A DNA stretch of 64,000 nucleotides, from NCBI RefSeq assembly GCF_964355755.1, contig NC_092672.1, positions 19,729,237-19,793,236 of the forward strand, given 5' to 3'. The translations under genes were made by a program, and so were the position numbers. The stretch is from Antedon mediterranea. Taxonomy: Eukaryota; Animalia; Echinodermata. Below, piece after piece: positions 8,718 to 17,511 of the stretch (its first letter is position 1; each line of letters opens with the position of its first letter). The notes below the pieces were generated by a model. That model had not been told where the DNA came from, searched no databases, and worked only from the letters and a program-made list of their open reading frames with translations.

Positions 8718-9598
8718 ACCCTAAGGCGATATCCTTGGGTCAGATCTGCGCGTTTCTGCATTACCTGTACGAGTCAGGCTTGCAAGTGCGCACGGTGTCA
8801 GGCTACCGGTCCGCGATTGCGGCCATTACGCCGCCATTCAAGGATGGCTCGACGGTTTCAACTTCCGCAGTAATCACGCAGTTGTTGCGCGGTATGTTCA
8901 GAGAGCGACCTCCGTCTAAGGTCTTAGTTCCACGTTGGGACGTCAACGTCGTTCTATCCGCACTCACTCGCCCGCCATTTGAGCCAATGAGCAAGGCTTC
9001 ATTATACAATCTTTCGCTTAAGACAGCGTTTCTGGTGGCGTTGTCCTCATGTAAACGCCGAGGCGAGCTACATGCGCTCACGCTAGAGCCAGGCCATATA
9101 AGATTCGAGCGTGGCGGAGTTCGGTTAATATTCAGGAAGGACTTTCTGGCCAAGTCCCAGACGTTAAATTTTTCGCCGCCGGCTGTGTTCGTTCCATCAA
9201 TGTCCGCATTCTCGGGGGTAGTAGAGGACAAATTCTGGTGCCCGGTAAGAGCACTCAAATTCTACATCCACCGTACAGAGACGTTGCGAGAGGGTATATC
9301 TCACTTATTCGTCACATCGGTGCCCCCGTATCGGCCGGCCGCAAAATCCACGATTGCTAACTGGGTCGTGGCAGCGATTCGGGCCGCTTATGAGTCATCC
9401 AGCACTTTGCCGCCGGCACATATGCATGAGGTGCGGGGTGTTGCTACATCCTGGGCGTTGTACGCTGGCGTTGCTGTATCAGACATTATGACAGCGGCTT
9501 GGTGGCGGACACAGTCTACGTTTACTGCGCATTATTTAAGGGACATTTCTGCAACCATGGCGCCAGTAGCAGCAGCAGTGCTAAAGCCTAGGTTATAG
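6740..9598 (+). CDS. DIRS tyrosine recombinase ORF with long N-terminal part overlapping pol (element 1)
   Basis: C-terminal ~330 aa carry RRGEL (R), FLAKSQ (K), HEVR (H-x-x-R), AAWW (W) and TFTAHY (Y). The frame is open from 6671, directly after the gag stop and in the gag frame. Confidence 0.93.
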   Translation: MGEADGRQLDSLHTKLRLPHRIHEPSSVWRSSSDHNPQRSNKATSAYGRDCRAAPKRSRSKGRRTSCGLGPRINRILNREVLGGLATNFKSKTSEQAIYSAPQVSDGDSLIDPVRAKTRRLGRVDRFKGCVLSRTNRKRRPTLVAVSNQQLSLPVRRDAVRPVNGPARVHAHSSGARCVLSQARHSHIHVSRRLVNRGSVQGPAGEQSQFRPSRNGTRRVHCEPGEVVPGADSASHLSRSADRSRVGQSVPLTKTSNQSPCCYTRPDYRFRSDGIRLAENARFPSQLCRSSSVLSATDAAAATSSVSLLPARFRLIRQSGPDVGVHCNAPPMVANGRPIVSGQINSEINSGHPNRNGRVRSGLGRLLQPKSRLRRLECRGGVSPHQSLRTLGSRPNVESATSKHRKFTRPCLLGQHNRGRVHQPTRRHEVSDSLLPHMDAHTLVHRAQNNADCIAYSGQPQRSRGHAVPTRFTPDRMASVAEHSHPSIRPLRTAAHRPVCDVREHAAPDVLQSIPGCTCVGGGCPVHVMGRFMGVRVPANIDHTNSSDSHSALPMPSSVDRTVLASTSVVSASCQSSLRSPAASSGPRGSTDAKSCEVLDDQSTIPEPDCLAIVRDQLRDSGIPDGPAALAAKSRRESTLTVYNSRLRHFFRWCRQDNIDPKAISLGQICAFLHYLYESGLQVRTVSGYRSAIAAITPPFKDGSTVSTSAVITQLLRGMFRERPPSKVLVPRWDVNVVLSALTRPPFEPMSKASLYNLSLKTAFLVALSSCKRRGELHALTLEPGHIRFERGGVRLIFRKDFLAKSQTLNFSPPAVFVPSMSAFSGVVEDKFWCPVRALKFYIHRTETLREGISHLFVTSVPPYRPAAKSTIANWVVAAIRAAYESSSTLPPAHMHEVRGVATSWALYAGVAVSDIMTAAWWRTQSTFTAHYLRDISATMAPVAAAVLKPRL

Positions 9599-9673
9599 GT
9601 ATGTACACTTCACTTGCTCTGCTTTTTGTTAACTTACTCCCACCGCCGACTAGTTCTAGTCCGGTGCTAATCT

Positions 9674-9772
9674 GGCTATTGTCGGTTTATACAGGTAAGC
9701 TAGGCACGATATAGACTACACAAACCAGTAGTGGTGTTAGTAGTCTATGAGTGCTAGCTTACCTGTATAAAC
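9674..9772 (+). repeat. Internal complementary region (ICR) of element 1
   Basis: 9674-9716 is the reverse complement of the first 43 bp of the element and 9717-9772 of the last 56 bp; together they give the antisense circle junction ...TGTGTA|GTCTAT.... Confidence 0.95.
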
Positions 9773-9804
9773 TCCCTCCCGCCGTCCCCGCAGTCAAGTA
9801 CGCG

Positions 9805-10000
9805 GAAAATGATGACGGTGGTACGTTGGTACGTTCCCACATGAGGGCGTGGTTGCGGACGGGTCCATTATAATACAGGGGTGTTCCAGGAACTTTTCAC
9901 TTTCGTATCTAAGCCCTCCCTCTGGAGAGCACGGGCTATTGTCGGTTTATACAGGTAAGCTAGCACTCATAGACTACTAACACCACTACTGGTTTGTGTA
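9805..10000 (+). repeat. Right ITR plus 26-bp right extension of element 1
   Basis: Inverted copy of 4576-4747 (9805-9974) followed by tactaacaccactactggtttgtgta. Confidence 0.95.
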
Positions 10001-10064
10001 ATTTAATGTATACGTTAGTTTTACTTTGTTGTTTGTAGGTATAGTAATCATTTTGACATACTGT

Positions 10065-10250
10065 GTCTATATCGTGCCTAGCTTACCTGGATAAACCAAC
10101 ATAAGCCTCTCTCTCCGACGAGAGGTAAACATTACGAAAAGAAGAACATTAATAACATTAATTTTTCCCCACCCCCGTCGGATAATGGATCAGTCCGCCA
10201 CCAGTACGCCCTCAAGTGAGACACACCCACTTATCATCGTCATCATTTCT
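10065..10250 (+). repeat. Left ITR of DIRS element 2
   Basis: Reverse complement of 15223-15405 except at the outer end. Confidence 0.95.
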
Positions 10251-10556
10251 TTTCGTAACGTCGTTGTGTACGTACGTCTTTTTCTGAACACATTCCTGGA
10301 ATTCCTGAGGAATTTGCGATAAAGACTTTTATACTGTAGACTGGAAGAGAAGAATAGGGCAAGAAAACGAAGCTAAGTGTAGTAGATCGTTATCTTGTGG
10401 TTGGATACGTTTAGAATCGTTACCCTTGGCTAGTTGCCAGGAGTTAAAATTTAGCGTTGTAAGCCGTTATCCAGAGTGTTTCACCTGGATAGAAATACTG
10501 GAAGATCTTTTGTTGTTCGTTAGGCTAGTGGGTAGAAGTAGGTCTGTTAGATCACC

Positions 10557-12086
10557 ATGCCTAAGCAGGAGTGTGTTAAATGTGGGGGTCCCCGCTCTAC
10601 CGTGAAGTGGGACCGCCACTTGGAGTGCATACATTGCCGCACGTGTACCGAGTTGTCGCCGTGCGATGTTTGTGTCCGCTGGACACCGTCCAAGTTCAAA
10701 TCGCTCCCTAAGCCTAAGGAGCGCACGGAAGCTGTACCACCTCCGGAGGTGGGTACCGCCGATACGGCAGGCCCTCCTGCCGTCGCGCCGGAAGTTAGCC
10801 TTCCAGATATGCCTGCACCGGCTGCGGCCTCTGCGGTTCCGGGGGTGAATGAGATTTCTCCGGGGTTACTGCAAGCCATTGTTGCAGCTGTGAGAGCTCT
10901 GCCGAGGGATGAGCCTGAGGTACCCTCTCAGATTAGACCTCCTCCCCATATTCCATACATTGATGTTGGCCCACAGCAGACCTCGTTTTTCGATGGTTCG
11001 TCCGTCCGGCAAAGGGATTACGATAGTGACAGGACGATGGCCTCGCTCTCTGACGATGATAGAGATAGCTTACGAGAGCAGGCCGGGCCAGGGGAGGAAG
11101 GTCTGCAGGCGCTAGTTATGCGGACGGTCCCCGCGGTGCTGTCCTTTCTCGGCGTCGATTTCACGTATCGCGAGCCTAAGCATACTCCTTCGTCTAAGCG
11201 GTTTTCCACTTTTGGCGTACGCACGCCCTTTAAGAAGGTATCTTCGTGCCCGGTTACGCCTCTCGATCCAGAACTTGTGGAACGTGTGGAGCTGATCGCT
11301 AAGGAGTCCAAGATTCGTAGGCCTATGCCTTATAGCCTGTCATCGGCTTTTCCGGTGCCGCAGAAACAATTCGAACTGTACATCGCGGCGCCGAGCGTCC
11401 CGGAGGCAGCAAAGGAACGGGTCCGTGAGGACCAGAACCTGGACCCGTCCAGGACTAATTTTTTGAAGCCTTCGGAATCCCGGACAGAGGACGTCCTTAC
11501 GTCCGTCGACAGGGCCGCACGCGAGACGCTTAGAGCCGCCTCTATGGCCGGGTACTTGCTATCCTTTCTGGCTGATCCAGAACATCCGCCCCAGGGCGAT
11601 TCGGACGTGATAGCTCTACTACAGCAGATCATGGGCCTGGTTGTTGATCAACAGGCAACGATCTCATTATCTGCGGCCGCGGCCCGTCGCGTTAACGTCT
11701 TGGGTGCAACTGACATCGCACCGACCGATTTCCGTAGGTTTACTACGTCTGACTCCTTCGGGGCGCAGGACTTGTTCTTTGGCTCCTTCTCACAGAAGGA
11801 GGATAAATGGGCTCGTGAGAGGGAAGCTCGTCGGGAGACAAGGGCGCGCTTCCCGCAAAAACGCCGAGCTAGCAATTCACGCTCAAGGACAGCCGCACGA
11901 CCGCCGCCTGTCCCTGCTGCTCCTCAGCAGATGCAGCCTCCCCCGCCGCCACCGGCTCAGCCTATGCAAAGTCAGGCTTCTACATCAAGACAGGCTTCAC
12001 ACCCCCCTCGCGGAATGCGAAATAGGGGTGGCAAAGGCAACACCAACAGGAGTGGTCGCCGGTATTATAATGTGAAGCGCCGGTGA
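10557..12086 (+). CDS. gag: DIRS Gag-like ORF1 (element 2)
   Basis: 509 aa; same Cys/His finger and shared blocks with element 1 Gag (DSDRTM, PLDPELV, GYLLSFLADP, KEDKWAREREARRETR). Confidence 0.9.
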   Translation: MPKQECVKCGGPRSTVKWDRHLECIHCRTCTELSPCDVCVRWTPSKFKSLPKPKERTEAVPPPEVGTADTAGPPAVAPEVSLPDMPAPAAASAVPGVNEISPGLLQAIVAAVRALPRDEPEVPSQIRPPPHIPYIDVGPQQTSFFDGSSVRQRDYDSDRTMASLSDDDRDSLREQAGPGEEGLQALVMRTVPAVLSFLGVDFTYREPKHTPSSKRFSTFGVRTPFKKVSSCPVTPLDPELVERVELIAKESKIRRPMPYSLSSAFPVPQKQFELYIAAPSVPEAAKERVREDQNLDPSRTNFLKPSESRTEDVLTSVDRAARETLRAASMAGYLLSFLADPEHPPQGDSDVIALLQQIMGLVVDQQATISLSAAAARRVNVLGATDIAPTDFRRFTTSDSFGAQDLFFGSFSQKEDKWAREREARRETRARFPQKRRASNSRSRTAARPPPVPAAPQQMQPPPPPPAQPMQSQASTSRQASHPPRGMRNRGGKGNTNRSGRRYYNVKRR

Positions 12087-12126
12087 CGGCCCGGGGACGC
12101 CCGTCCCTCCAAGCGAGGGCGGGCAG

Positions 12127-14154
12127 GTGGGGGGTCGCTTGAAACGGTTTTCACGGGTTTGGGAGACCCTGACCACAGACAGATGGGTTCTCTCCACCGT
12201 GACACACGGGTATCGTATCGAATTCTCGAGCCCTCCGGTGAGCGGAGGTGCCCGGCACACGAGGATTCCGTCAGAGCCGGAAAAGAGTCAAGCGCTCATG
12301 ACGGGCCTCGAAGCACTGCTCCAGAAAGGAGCTGTGGTGCATGTTCAAAAGGAACAACTTACGATCTCGGGACACGAATCCACCGTTTTCCTCGCCCAGA
12401 AAAAATCGGGCGATTGGCGACCCATCCTAAACCTCAAAAGTCTGAACAAGCGGTACATCCGGCCCCGCAGGTTCAGGATGGAGACTGTCTCATCTATCCT
12501 GTTGGGGCTAAGACGAGGGGACTGGGCAGCCACAATAGACTTGAAAGACGCGTACTTTCACGTGCCTATTGCGCAAGAGCACCAGAGTTGGCTGCGCTTC
12601 CGCATTCACGATCAGGTATACCAATTCGTAGCTCTGCCGTTCGGCCTCTCAACGGCCCCACGAGTGTTTACTCGTCTAGTGAGAACCCTGGCGGCGTTCT
12701 TTCATCAACACGGCATCAGAGTATTCATGTACTTAGACGATTGGTTGATCGTGGCCCAGTCCAGGGACCAGCTGCTGAGCAGCTTATCTTTTGTCCGCCT
12801 CGTGACGGAACAAGCAGGGTTCATAATAAACGAGGAGAAGTCATGTCTTCACCCTTCTCAGAACCCTCTGTATCTCGGAGCCCAAATAAATTTGGTTACG
12901 GGCCGTGCGTGCCCATCCATCGAGCGTGTGGCCAAGGCAAGAACTGCAGTGCTACATCTTATCAATGCTCAGGCTCCGACGGCGTACGACTGGCTACGCA
13001 CCTTGGGGTCACTGGCCAGCTTCGTCGCCCTCGTTCCGTTCTGCCGGTTAAGGATGCGGCCTCTACATCTGCACCTTCTGGCAGCATACCGCCCAAGATC
13101 AGACTCTCTACACAAAGTGGTTCCAACGAATGCGTTCATTATCTCGCATCTCGAATGGTGGCTCGTGGAAGACAGGTTACTTGTGGGCACACCTATACAA
13201 AGGTCAATTCCGGATGTCCGTGTGGAAACGGACGCATCCGAAGTAGGCTGGGGCGGTCACATACCGTCTCCGGACATTCGCGTCTCCGGCCTCTGGTCGC
13301 CCGAGGAGACGCGCGCCCACATCAACCTGCTCGAACTTTGGGCAGTCGAGCGCTCGTTGGAGGCTCTTCTTCCCCATCTGGCAAATCGCCATGTTCTCGT
13401 CAATTCCGACAACACAACCGTCGTGGCATACATAAACAGGCAAGGGGGTACACGGTCCCCCACGCTATGTTGCCACACGTGGACGTTGCTAATGTGGTGT
13501 ATAAGACACAACATCCAACTGTCAGCGGCCCACATTGCGGGTCGTCTGAACATAGTGGCGGACGCACTGTCCCGTCCACTTCTACGTCCTACGGAATGGC
13601 GTCTTCTTCCAATAATCGCCACCCAGATCTTCAACCACTTTGGGCGGCCCCATGTAGATCTGTTTGCGACGTCAGGCAACACGCAGCTCCCGACGTTCTG
13701 CAGTCGATATCGGGATGCACATGCGTGGGCGGTGGATGCCCTGTCCATACCATGGGACAACCTTTGGGCATATGCCTTTCCACCGATTTCAATACTGCCA
13801 CTGGTCCTGACGCACATTCAGCGCCATCAATGCCGAGTCCTACTAATAGCGCCGTATTGGCCCAGGCAGCCGTGGTTTCCACTGCTTCTAGGCCTTCTGT
13901 ACGATCAGCCGTTACGTCTTCCGATTCGGAACGACTTGCTGACGCAGGGCCGAGCTCGGTTTGCTCTACCGAACCTCATATCCCTCGACCTGACTGTATG
14001 GCCATTGTCAGGGATCGTTTCAGAGACTCAGGCATTCCAGATGGTCCGGCCGCCCTCGCGCCGAAATCCCGACGGGAATCCACTCTTGCTGTCTACAATA
14101 GCCGATTTAAACACTTTTTCGAATGGTGCAAGCGCCAGAAGACCGACCCTATGA
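12127..14154 (+). CDS. pol: DIRS Pol: RT - RNase H - methyltransferase-like (element 2)
   Basis: IDLKDAYFHVPI, YLDD, ETDAS, SDNTT, ADALSR, VDLFA, YAFPP. Frame is open only from 12076; the listed start is a GTG. Confidence 0.95.
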   Translation: MGGRLKRFSRVWETLTTDRWVLSTVTHGYRIEFSSPPVSGGARHTRIPSEPEKSQALMTGLEALLQKGAVVHVQKEQLTISGHESTVFLAQKKSGDWRPILNLKSLNKRYIRPRRFRMETVSSILLGLRRGDWAATIDLKDAYFHVPIAQEHQSWLRFRIHDQVYQFVALPFGLSTAPRVFTRLVRTLAAFFHQHGIRVFMYLDDWLIVAQSRDQLLSSLSFVRLVTEQAGFIINEEKSCLHPSQNPLYLGAQINLVTGRACPSIERVAKARTAVLHLINAQAPTAYDWLRTLGSLASFVALVPFCRLRMRPLHLHLLAAYRPRSDSLHKVVPTNAFIISHLEWWLVEDRLLVGTPIQRSIPDVRVETDASEVGWGGHIPSPDIRVSGLWSPEETRAHINLLELWAVERSLEALLPHLANRHVLVNSDNTTVVAYINRQGGTRSPTLCCHTWTLLMWCIRHNIQLSAAHIAGRLNIVADALSRPLLRPTEWRLLPIIATQIFNHFGRPHVDLFATSGNTQLPTFCSRYRDAHAWAVDALSIPWDNLWAYAFPPISILPLVLTHIQRHQCRVLLIAPYWPRQPWFPLLLGLLYDQPLRLPIRNDLLTQGRARFALPNLISLDLTVWPLSGIVSETQAFQMVRPPSRRNPDGNPLLLSTIADLNTFSNGASARRPTL

Positions 14155-15026
14155 AAGTGACTTTGGGCCAGGTCTGCGCTTTCCTACATTACCTGTTTGA
14201 GTCAGGTCTGCAAGTTCGCACCGTATCCGGCTATCGGTCTGCCTTGGCTGCAGTAATTCCGAATTTTAAAGACGGCTCGACCATCTCTTCATCCCCTGCA
14301 ATTTCCAGTTTGCTTCGCGGGATGTTTCGAGAACGGCCTCCTACTAAGGCCCTGATTCCACGTTGGGACGTCAATGTCGTCCTAGCCGCTCTTATGCGTC
14401 CACCCTTCGAGCCCCTGAGTAGGGCATCACTTTACAACCTGTCTCTCAAAACTGCCTTTCTGATTGCACTAGCCTCGTGCAAGCGCAGAGGTGAACTGCA
14501 CGCTCTTTCTCTGGAGCCAGGGCACATCAGGTTTGAACGGGGTGGCGCGCGGTTAGTTTTTAGGAAAGATTTCCTTGCAAAATCTCAGACATTGAACTTC
14601 TCGCCGCCGACTGTATTTATTCCCACCATTGCTGCATGTTCAGGGGTTGAGGAAGACAGATTTTGGTGCCCAGTGCGGGCACTAAAGTTTTACATCAAAC
14701 GCACACAGTCCATTCGGGTCTCAGCGTCACATCTGTTCGTATCGACTGTTGCACCCTTCCGACCGGCTGCTAGGTCGACGCTGGCAAACTGGGTCGTGGC
14801 AGCCATCCAGGCTGGTTACGACTCCACAAATACGCCTCCTCCGGAACATATGCACCAAGTGCGTGGCATAGCCGCTTCATGGGCGCTGTTTGCTGGGGTG
14901 CCCCTTCCAGACATCCTGCAAGCGGCATGGTGGCGATCACAGTCCACCTTCACATCCCACTACCTGTCGGATACCTCCGCAAACCAGTCTACGGTGGCAG
15001 CTTCAATCTTGAAGCCCAGGCACTAG
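12159..15026 (+). CDS. DIRS tyrosine recombinase ORF overlapping pol (element 2)
   Basis: RRGEL, FLAKSQ, HQVR, AAWW, TFTSHY. The frame is open from 12087, directly after the gag TGA and in the same frame. Confidence 0.93.
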   Translation: MGDPDHRQMGSLHRDTRVSYRILEPSGERRCPAHEDSVRAGKESSAHDGPRSTAPERSCGACSKGTTYDLGTRIHRFPRPEKIGRLATHPKPQKSEQAVHPAPQVQDGDCLIYPVGAKTRGLGSHNRLERRVLSRAYCARAPELAALPHSRSGIPIRSSAVRPLNGPTSVYSSSENPGGVLSSTRHQSIHVLRRLVDRGPVQGPAAEQLIFCPPRDGTSRVHNKRGEVMSSPFSEPSVSRSPNKFGYGPCVPIHRACGQGKNCSATSYQCSGSDGVRLATHLGVTGQLRRPRSVLPVKDAASTSAPSGSIPPKIRLSTQSGSNECVHYLASRMVARGRQVTCGHTYTKVNSGCPCGNGRIRSRLGRSHTVSGHSRLRPLVARGDARPHQPARTLGSRALVGGSSSPSGKSPCSRQFRQHNRRGIHKQARGYTVPHAMLPHVDVANVVYKTQHPTVSGPHCGSSEHSGGRTVPSTSTSYGMASSSNNRHPDLQPLWAAPCRSVCDVRQHAAPDVLQSISGCTCVGGGCPVHTMGQPLGICLSTDFNTATGPDAHSAPSMPSPTNSAVLAQAAVVSTASRPSVRSAVTSSDSERLADAGPSSVCSTEPHIPRPDCMAIVRDRFRDSGIPDGPAALAPKSRRESTLAVYNSRFKHFFEWCKRQKTDPMKVTLGQVCAFLHYLFESGLQVRTVSGYRSALAAVIPNFKDGSTISSSPAISSLLRGMFRERPPTKALIPRWDVNVVLAALMRPPFEPLSRASLYNLSLKTAFLIALASCKRRGELHALSLEPGHIRFERGGARLVFRKDFLAKSQTLNFSPPTVFIPTIAACSGVEEDRFWCPVRALKFYIKRTQSIRVSASHLFVSTVAPFRPAARSTLANWVVAAIQAGYDSTNTPPPEHMHQVRGIAASWALFAGVPLPDILQAAWWRSQSTFTSHYLSDTSANQSTVAASILKPRH

Positions 15027-15089
15027 GTACGTATGACAATGTTTACCTTGCCTCCCGCCTCCGACTAGACTCTAGTCCGGTGCTACACT

Positions 15090-15187
15090 GGCTTATGTTG
15101 GTTTATCCAGGTAAGCTAGGCACGATATAGACTACACAAACCAACAGTGGTGTTGGTAGTCTATGAGTGCCGCTTACATGGATAAAC
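15090..15187 (+). repeat. ICR of element 2
   Basis: 15090-15132 is complementary to the left end; 15133-15187 is complementary to the right end with one mismatch. Confidence 0.95.
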
Positions 15188-15222
15188 GCCCTCCCTACCG
15201 TCCCCTCAGGCAGGTGGTCTTG

Positions 15223-15431
15223 AGAAATGATGACGATGATAAGTGGGTGTGTCTCACTTGAGGGCGTACTGGTGGCGGACTGATCCATTATCCGACGGGG
15301 GTGGGGAAAAATTAATGTTATTAATGTTCTTCTTTTCGTAATGTTTACCTCTCGTCGGAGAGAGAGGCTTATGTTGGTTTATCCAGGTAAGCGGCACTCA
15401 TAGACTACCAACACCACTGTTGGTTTGTGTA
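15223..15431 (+). repeat. Right ITR plus 26-bp right extension of element 2
   Basis: Inverted copy of the left ITR to 15405, then taccaacaccactgttggtttgtgta. Confidence 0.95.
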
Positions 15432-16228
15432 ATAGCATTTATTTGAATGGGTACATACAGCACAACTTCATTAACTGTATTAATAGTTCATAGTACACAA
15501 CTGTATTAATAATTCATTATGATCATTTTCTTTGGTTTTGTCTGTAAACATTCAGTTGGTTTGGTTTTGTCTTGTCTCTGATTATTAACTACTAATGACT
15601 TGTTTAATAATGGATTTATTCAATACCTAATTACATAGAGTAAGAAAATTACTGTTACCATCTTTTTTTATTTTATAATTGCATTATACTGTATTTGGTT
15701 TTATAGTCAAACCTGTTTCAAGATCATTATTCATCATGCATACAGATTTACGAAATGTAAAATTGTTTTAATAAAAATGCTAAAGTAATTTTTGTGTATT
15801 TCTTGAAACACATAAAACGGTTATGTTTTTTAAAGAAACCTATGTTGGATCGCATTGTACTTTATTTCCTTGCACCTGTTTTTAACTGTATATGAGACAG
15901 TATGCGTTTGTAGTTCTAATCAACTATATGATAAAACAAGGACAACCTATGGTGTAAATTTTACAGAATATATTGAATTGCCCTGGTTATCAGATAAAAG
16001 TGTTGGTCTTTTGTACAACAATTTGCATTCAAGTATTAATATAGAAAAAGCATTATATATTTTAGATTTGTTTGTATTTCAGCATTACCTACTTGTAGAG
16101 CTAGAATTAATATATTATTAATTGATATAGGAGGCATTGGTTGAGGAAAGTGTTGATAGATGAGACATTTATTTACTCAACATCATGTTCAGTACTTTTA
16201 GTCCTAGTACTGTATTTATATTGATTAT

Positions 16229-16530
16229 TGTCAAAATTAGAGGAAGGGATAGTATATAGGTTGAGTTTAAAGCCACAATCTACAGATGATCCCAATGATT
16301 GCTTCATTCTTTGCCATTGTGATGAGCTGTCAACATTAGAGGAAGGGATAGTATTTAGGTTGAGTTTAAAGCCACAATCTACAGATGATCCCAATGATTG
16401 CTTCATTCTTTGCCATTGTGATGAGCTGTCAACATTAGAGGAAGGGATAGTATTTAGGTTGAGTTTAAAGCCACAATCTGCAAATGATCCCAATGATTGC
16501 TTCATTCTTTGCCATTGTGATGAGCTGTCA
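16229..16530. repeat. 99-bp minisatellite, 3 copies
   Basis: Unit gtcaa(a/c)attagaggaagggatag...gccattgtgatgagct, period 99. Confidence 0.95.
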
Positions 16531-16744
16531 CACAAGTTTCTTTTTATAATTAAGTATCTACCACTAGTATTCAAATAACTCATAATATTATCATCATGTT
16601 TTAATGTCTGTGAAAAGAAGCTGTGTATTTATTAATGCAGTTTACTTTAATATAAAAAATATTTTTATTTGAATTGAAAATTTTCAAATAATATAAACAA
16701 GCATTATACATTGTTTTTGTATTTTCTTTCAGTTTAGCAATACA

Positions 16745-16795
16745 ATGGATCTCCATGGATATCTGGTTAATCTTTGTGCAGAAAATGCTCTTGAG
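16745..16795 (+). CDS. Ankyrin-repeat gene copy A, first coding exon (MDLHGYLVNLCAENALE)
   Basis: Acceptor ttttctttcag ends at 16732, ATG at 16745, donor GAG|gtaggc, phase 0; conserved in the paralog at 42966. Confidence 0.7.
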
Positions 16796-17436
16796 GTAGG
16801 CAAGTTTACACTGTTTTAGGATAATAGCATTTAACCAGCAACAATTTAAGCAATGCTATCACATTAACAACTTAATAAATTGTTCTATTAGCTTATGATA
16901 TGGAAACAAAAGAGAACTAAAACAAGTAACTAAATAAATTAAATAGTGACAACAAATTACAGTATTACAATGAACAAAATAATCACTGTAGTGCTTCTAT
17001 GCTGTTGGCTCATTTGATGTGATTGTTTTGATTTATTTGACCAGCATGATATATCAACACATTAACATACAATACAACATAGAGATGAAAAATGCTGGGC
17101 AGGGGCAGCTTAAGCAAAATACATTGCTGTAAATCAAATGAACCAGCTACCCCTCATACAAAAATAAATATTAAACAAATAATTAAATACAAATTTCATT
17201 AAAAAAATTTTATAAAAATATGTTTACAAAATTAATGTAAATACAAAATTTAAGACAAGAAGAAAAAAAAAACTTATTTATTTGGGCAATCTAATATATT
17301 ATGATAATATTGTAATATAATGGCTGTAATTTAATACAACATGGAATGTATGTTATTGTCTATGTTTACTATAGTATATGTATTTTTAAGAAAAATGTAA
17401 CTGAATGCATATTGATCTATCTGTTTTATTTCATAG

Positions 17437-17511
17437 ATTGCAGGGGAAAAAACTGCTGAAGAAATTTGCCATTTCATTGTCAGCAACAATGCTGTCAACA
17501 TCAAGAACCAG
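17437..17511 (+). CDS. Ankyrin-repeat gene copy A, exon 2 (IAGEKTAEEICHFIVSNNAVNIKNQ)
   Basis: tttcatag| ... CAG|gtatac, 75 bp, phase 0-0; resembles the second half of an ankyrin repeat; conserved at 43625. Confidence 0.75.

Larger units (their letters stand above)
4576..10000 (+). mobile_element. Full-length DIRS1-group tyrosine-recombinase retrotransposon (element 1, 5425 bp)
   Basis: ITRs, right extension, ICR complementary to both termini, and uninterrupted gag, RT-RNaseH-MT and YR ORFs. GC-rich island in AT-rich host. Boundaries confirmed against empty paralogs at 2741-2770 and 39431-39460. No TSD. Confidence 0.97.
10065..15431 (+). mobile_element. Full-length DIRS1-group tyrosine-recombinase retrotransposon (element 2, 5367 bp)
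   Basis: Same architecture as element 1, all ORFs intact. First 25 bp identical to element 1 and same terminal TGGTTTGTGTA, but a diverged interior. Empty site matches 2811-2840 and 39510-39550. Confidence 0.97.

Noticed and set aside
10001-10064. Spacer as part of one composite element, or the two DIRS as a tandem duplication
   Set aside because: The spacer matches host paralog 2755-2820; each element has its own ITRs and ICR, and their interiors are diverged.
5048-15288. Many short alternative-frame and antisense ORFs inside the DIRS elements
   Set aside because: Expected in GC-rich coding DNA with two open frames; mostly non-ATG starts and no motifs.
16228-16578. 99-bp repeat as a cryptic ankyrin array (33-codon period)
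   Set aside because: No ankyrin consensus in the frames examined, and the paralogous array mixes in 82-bp units that break frame.
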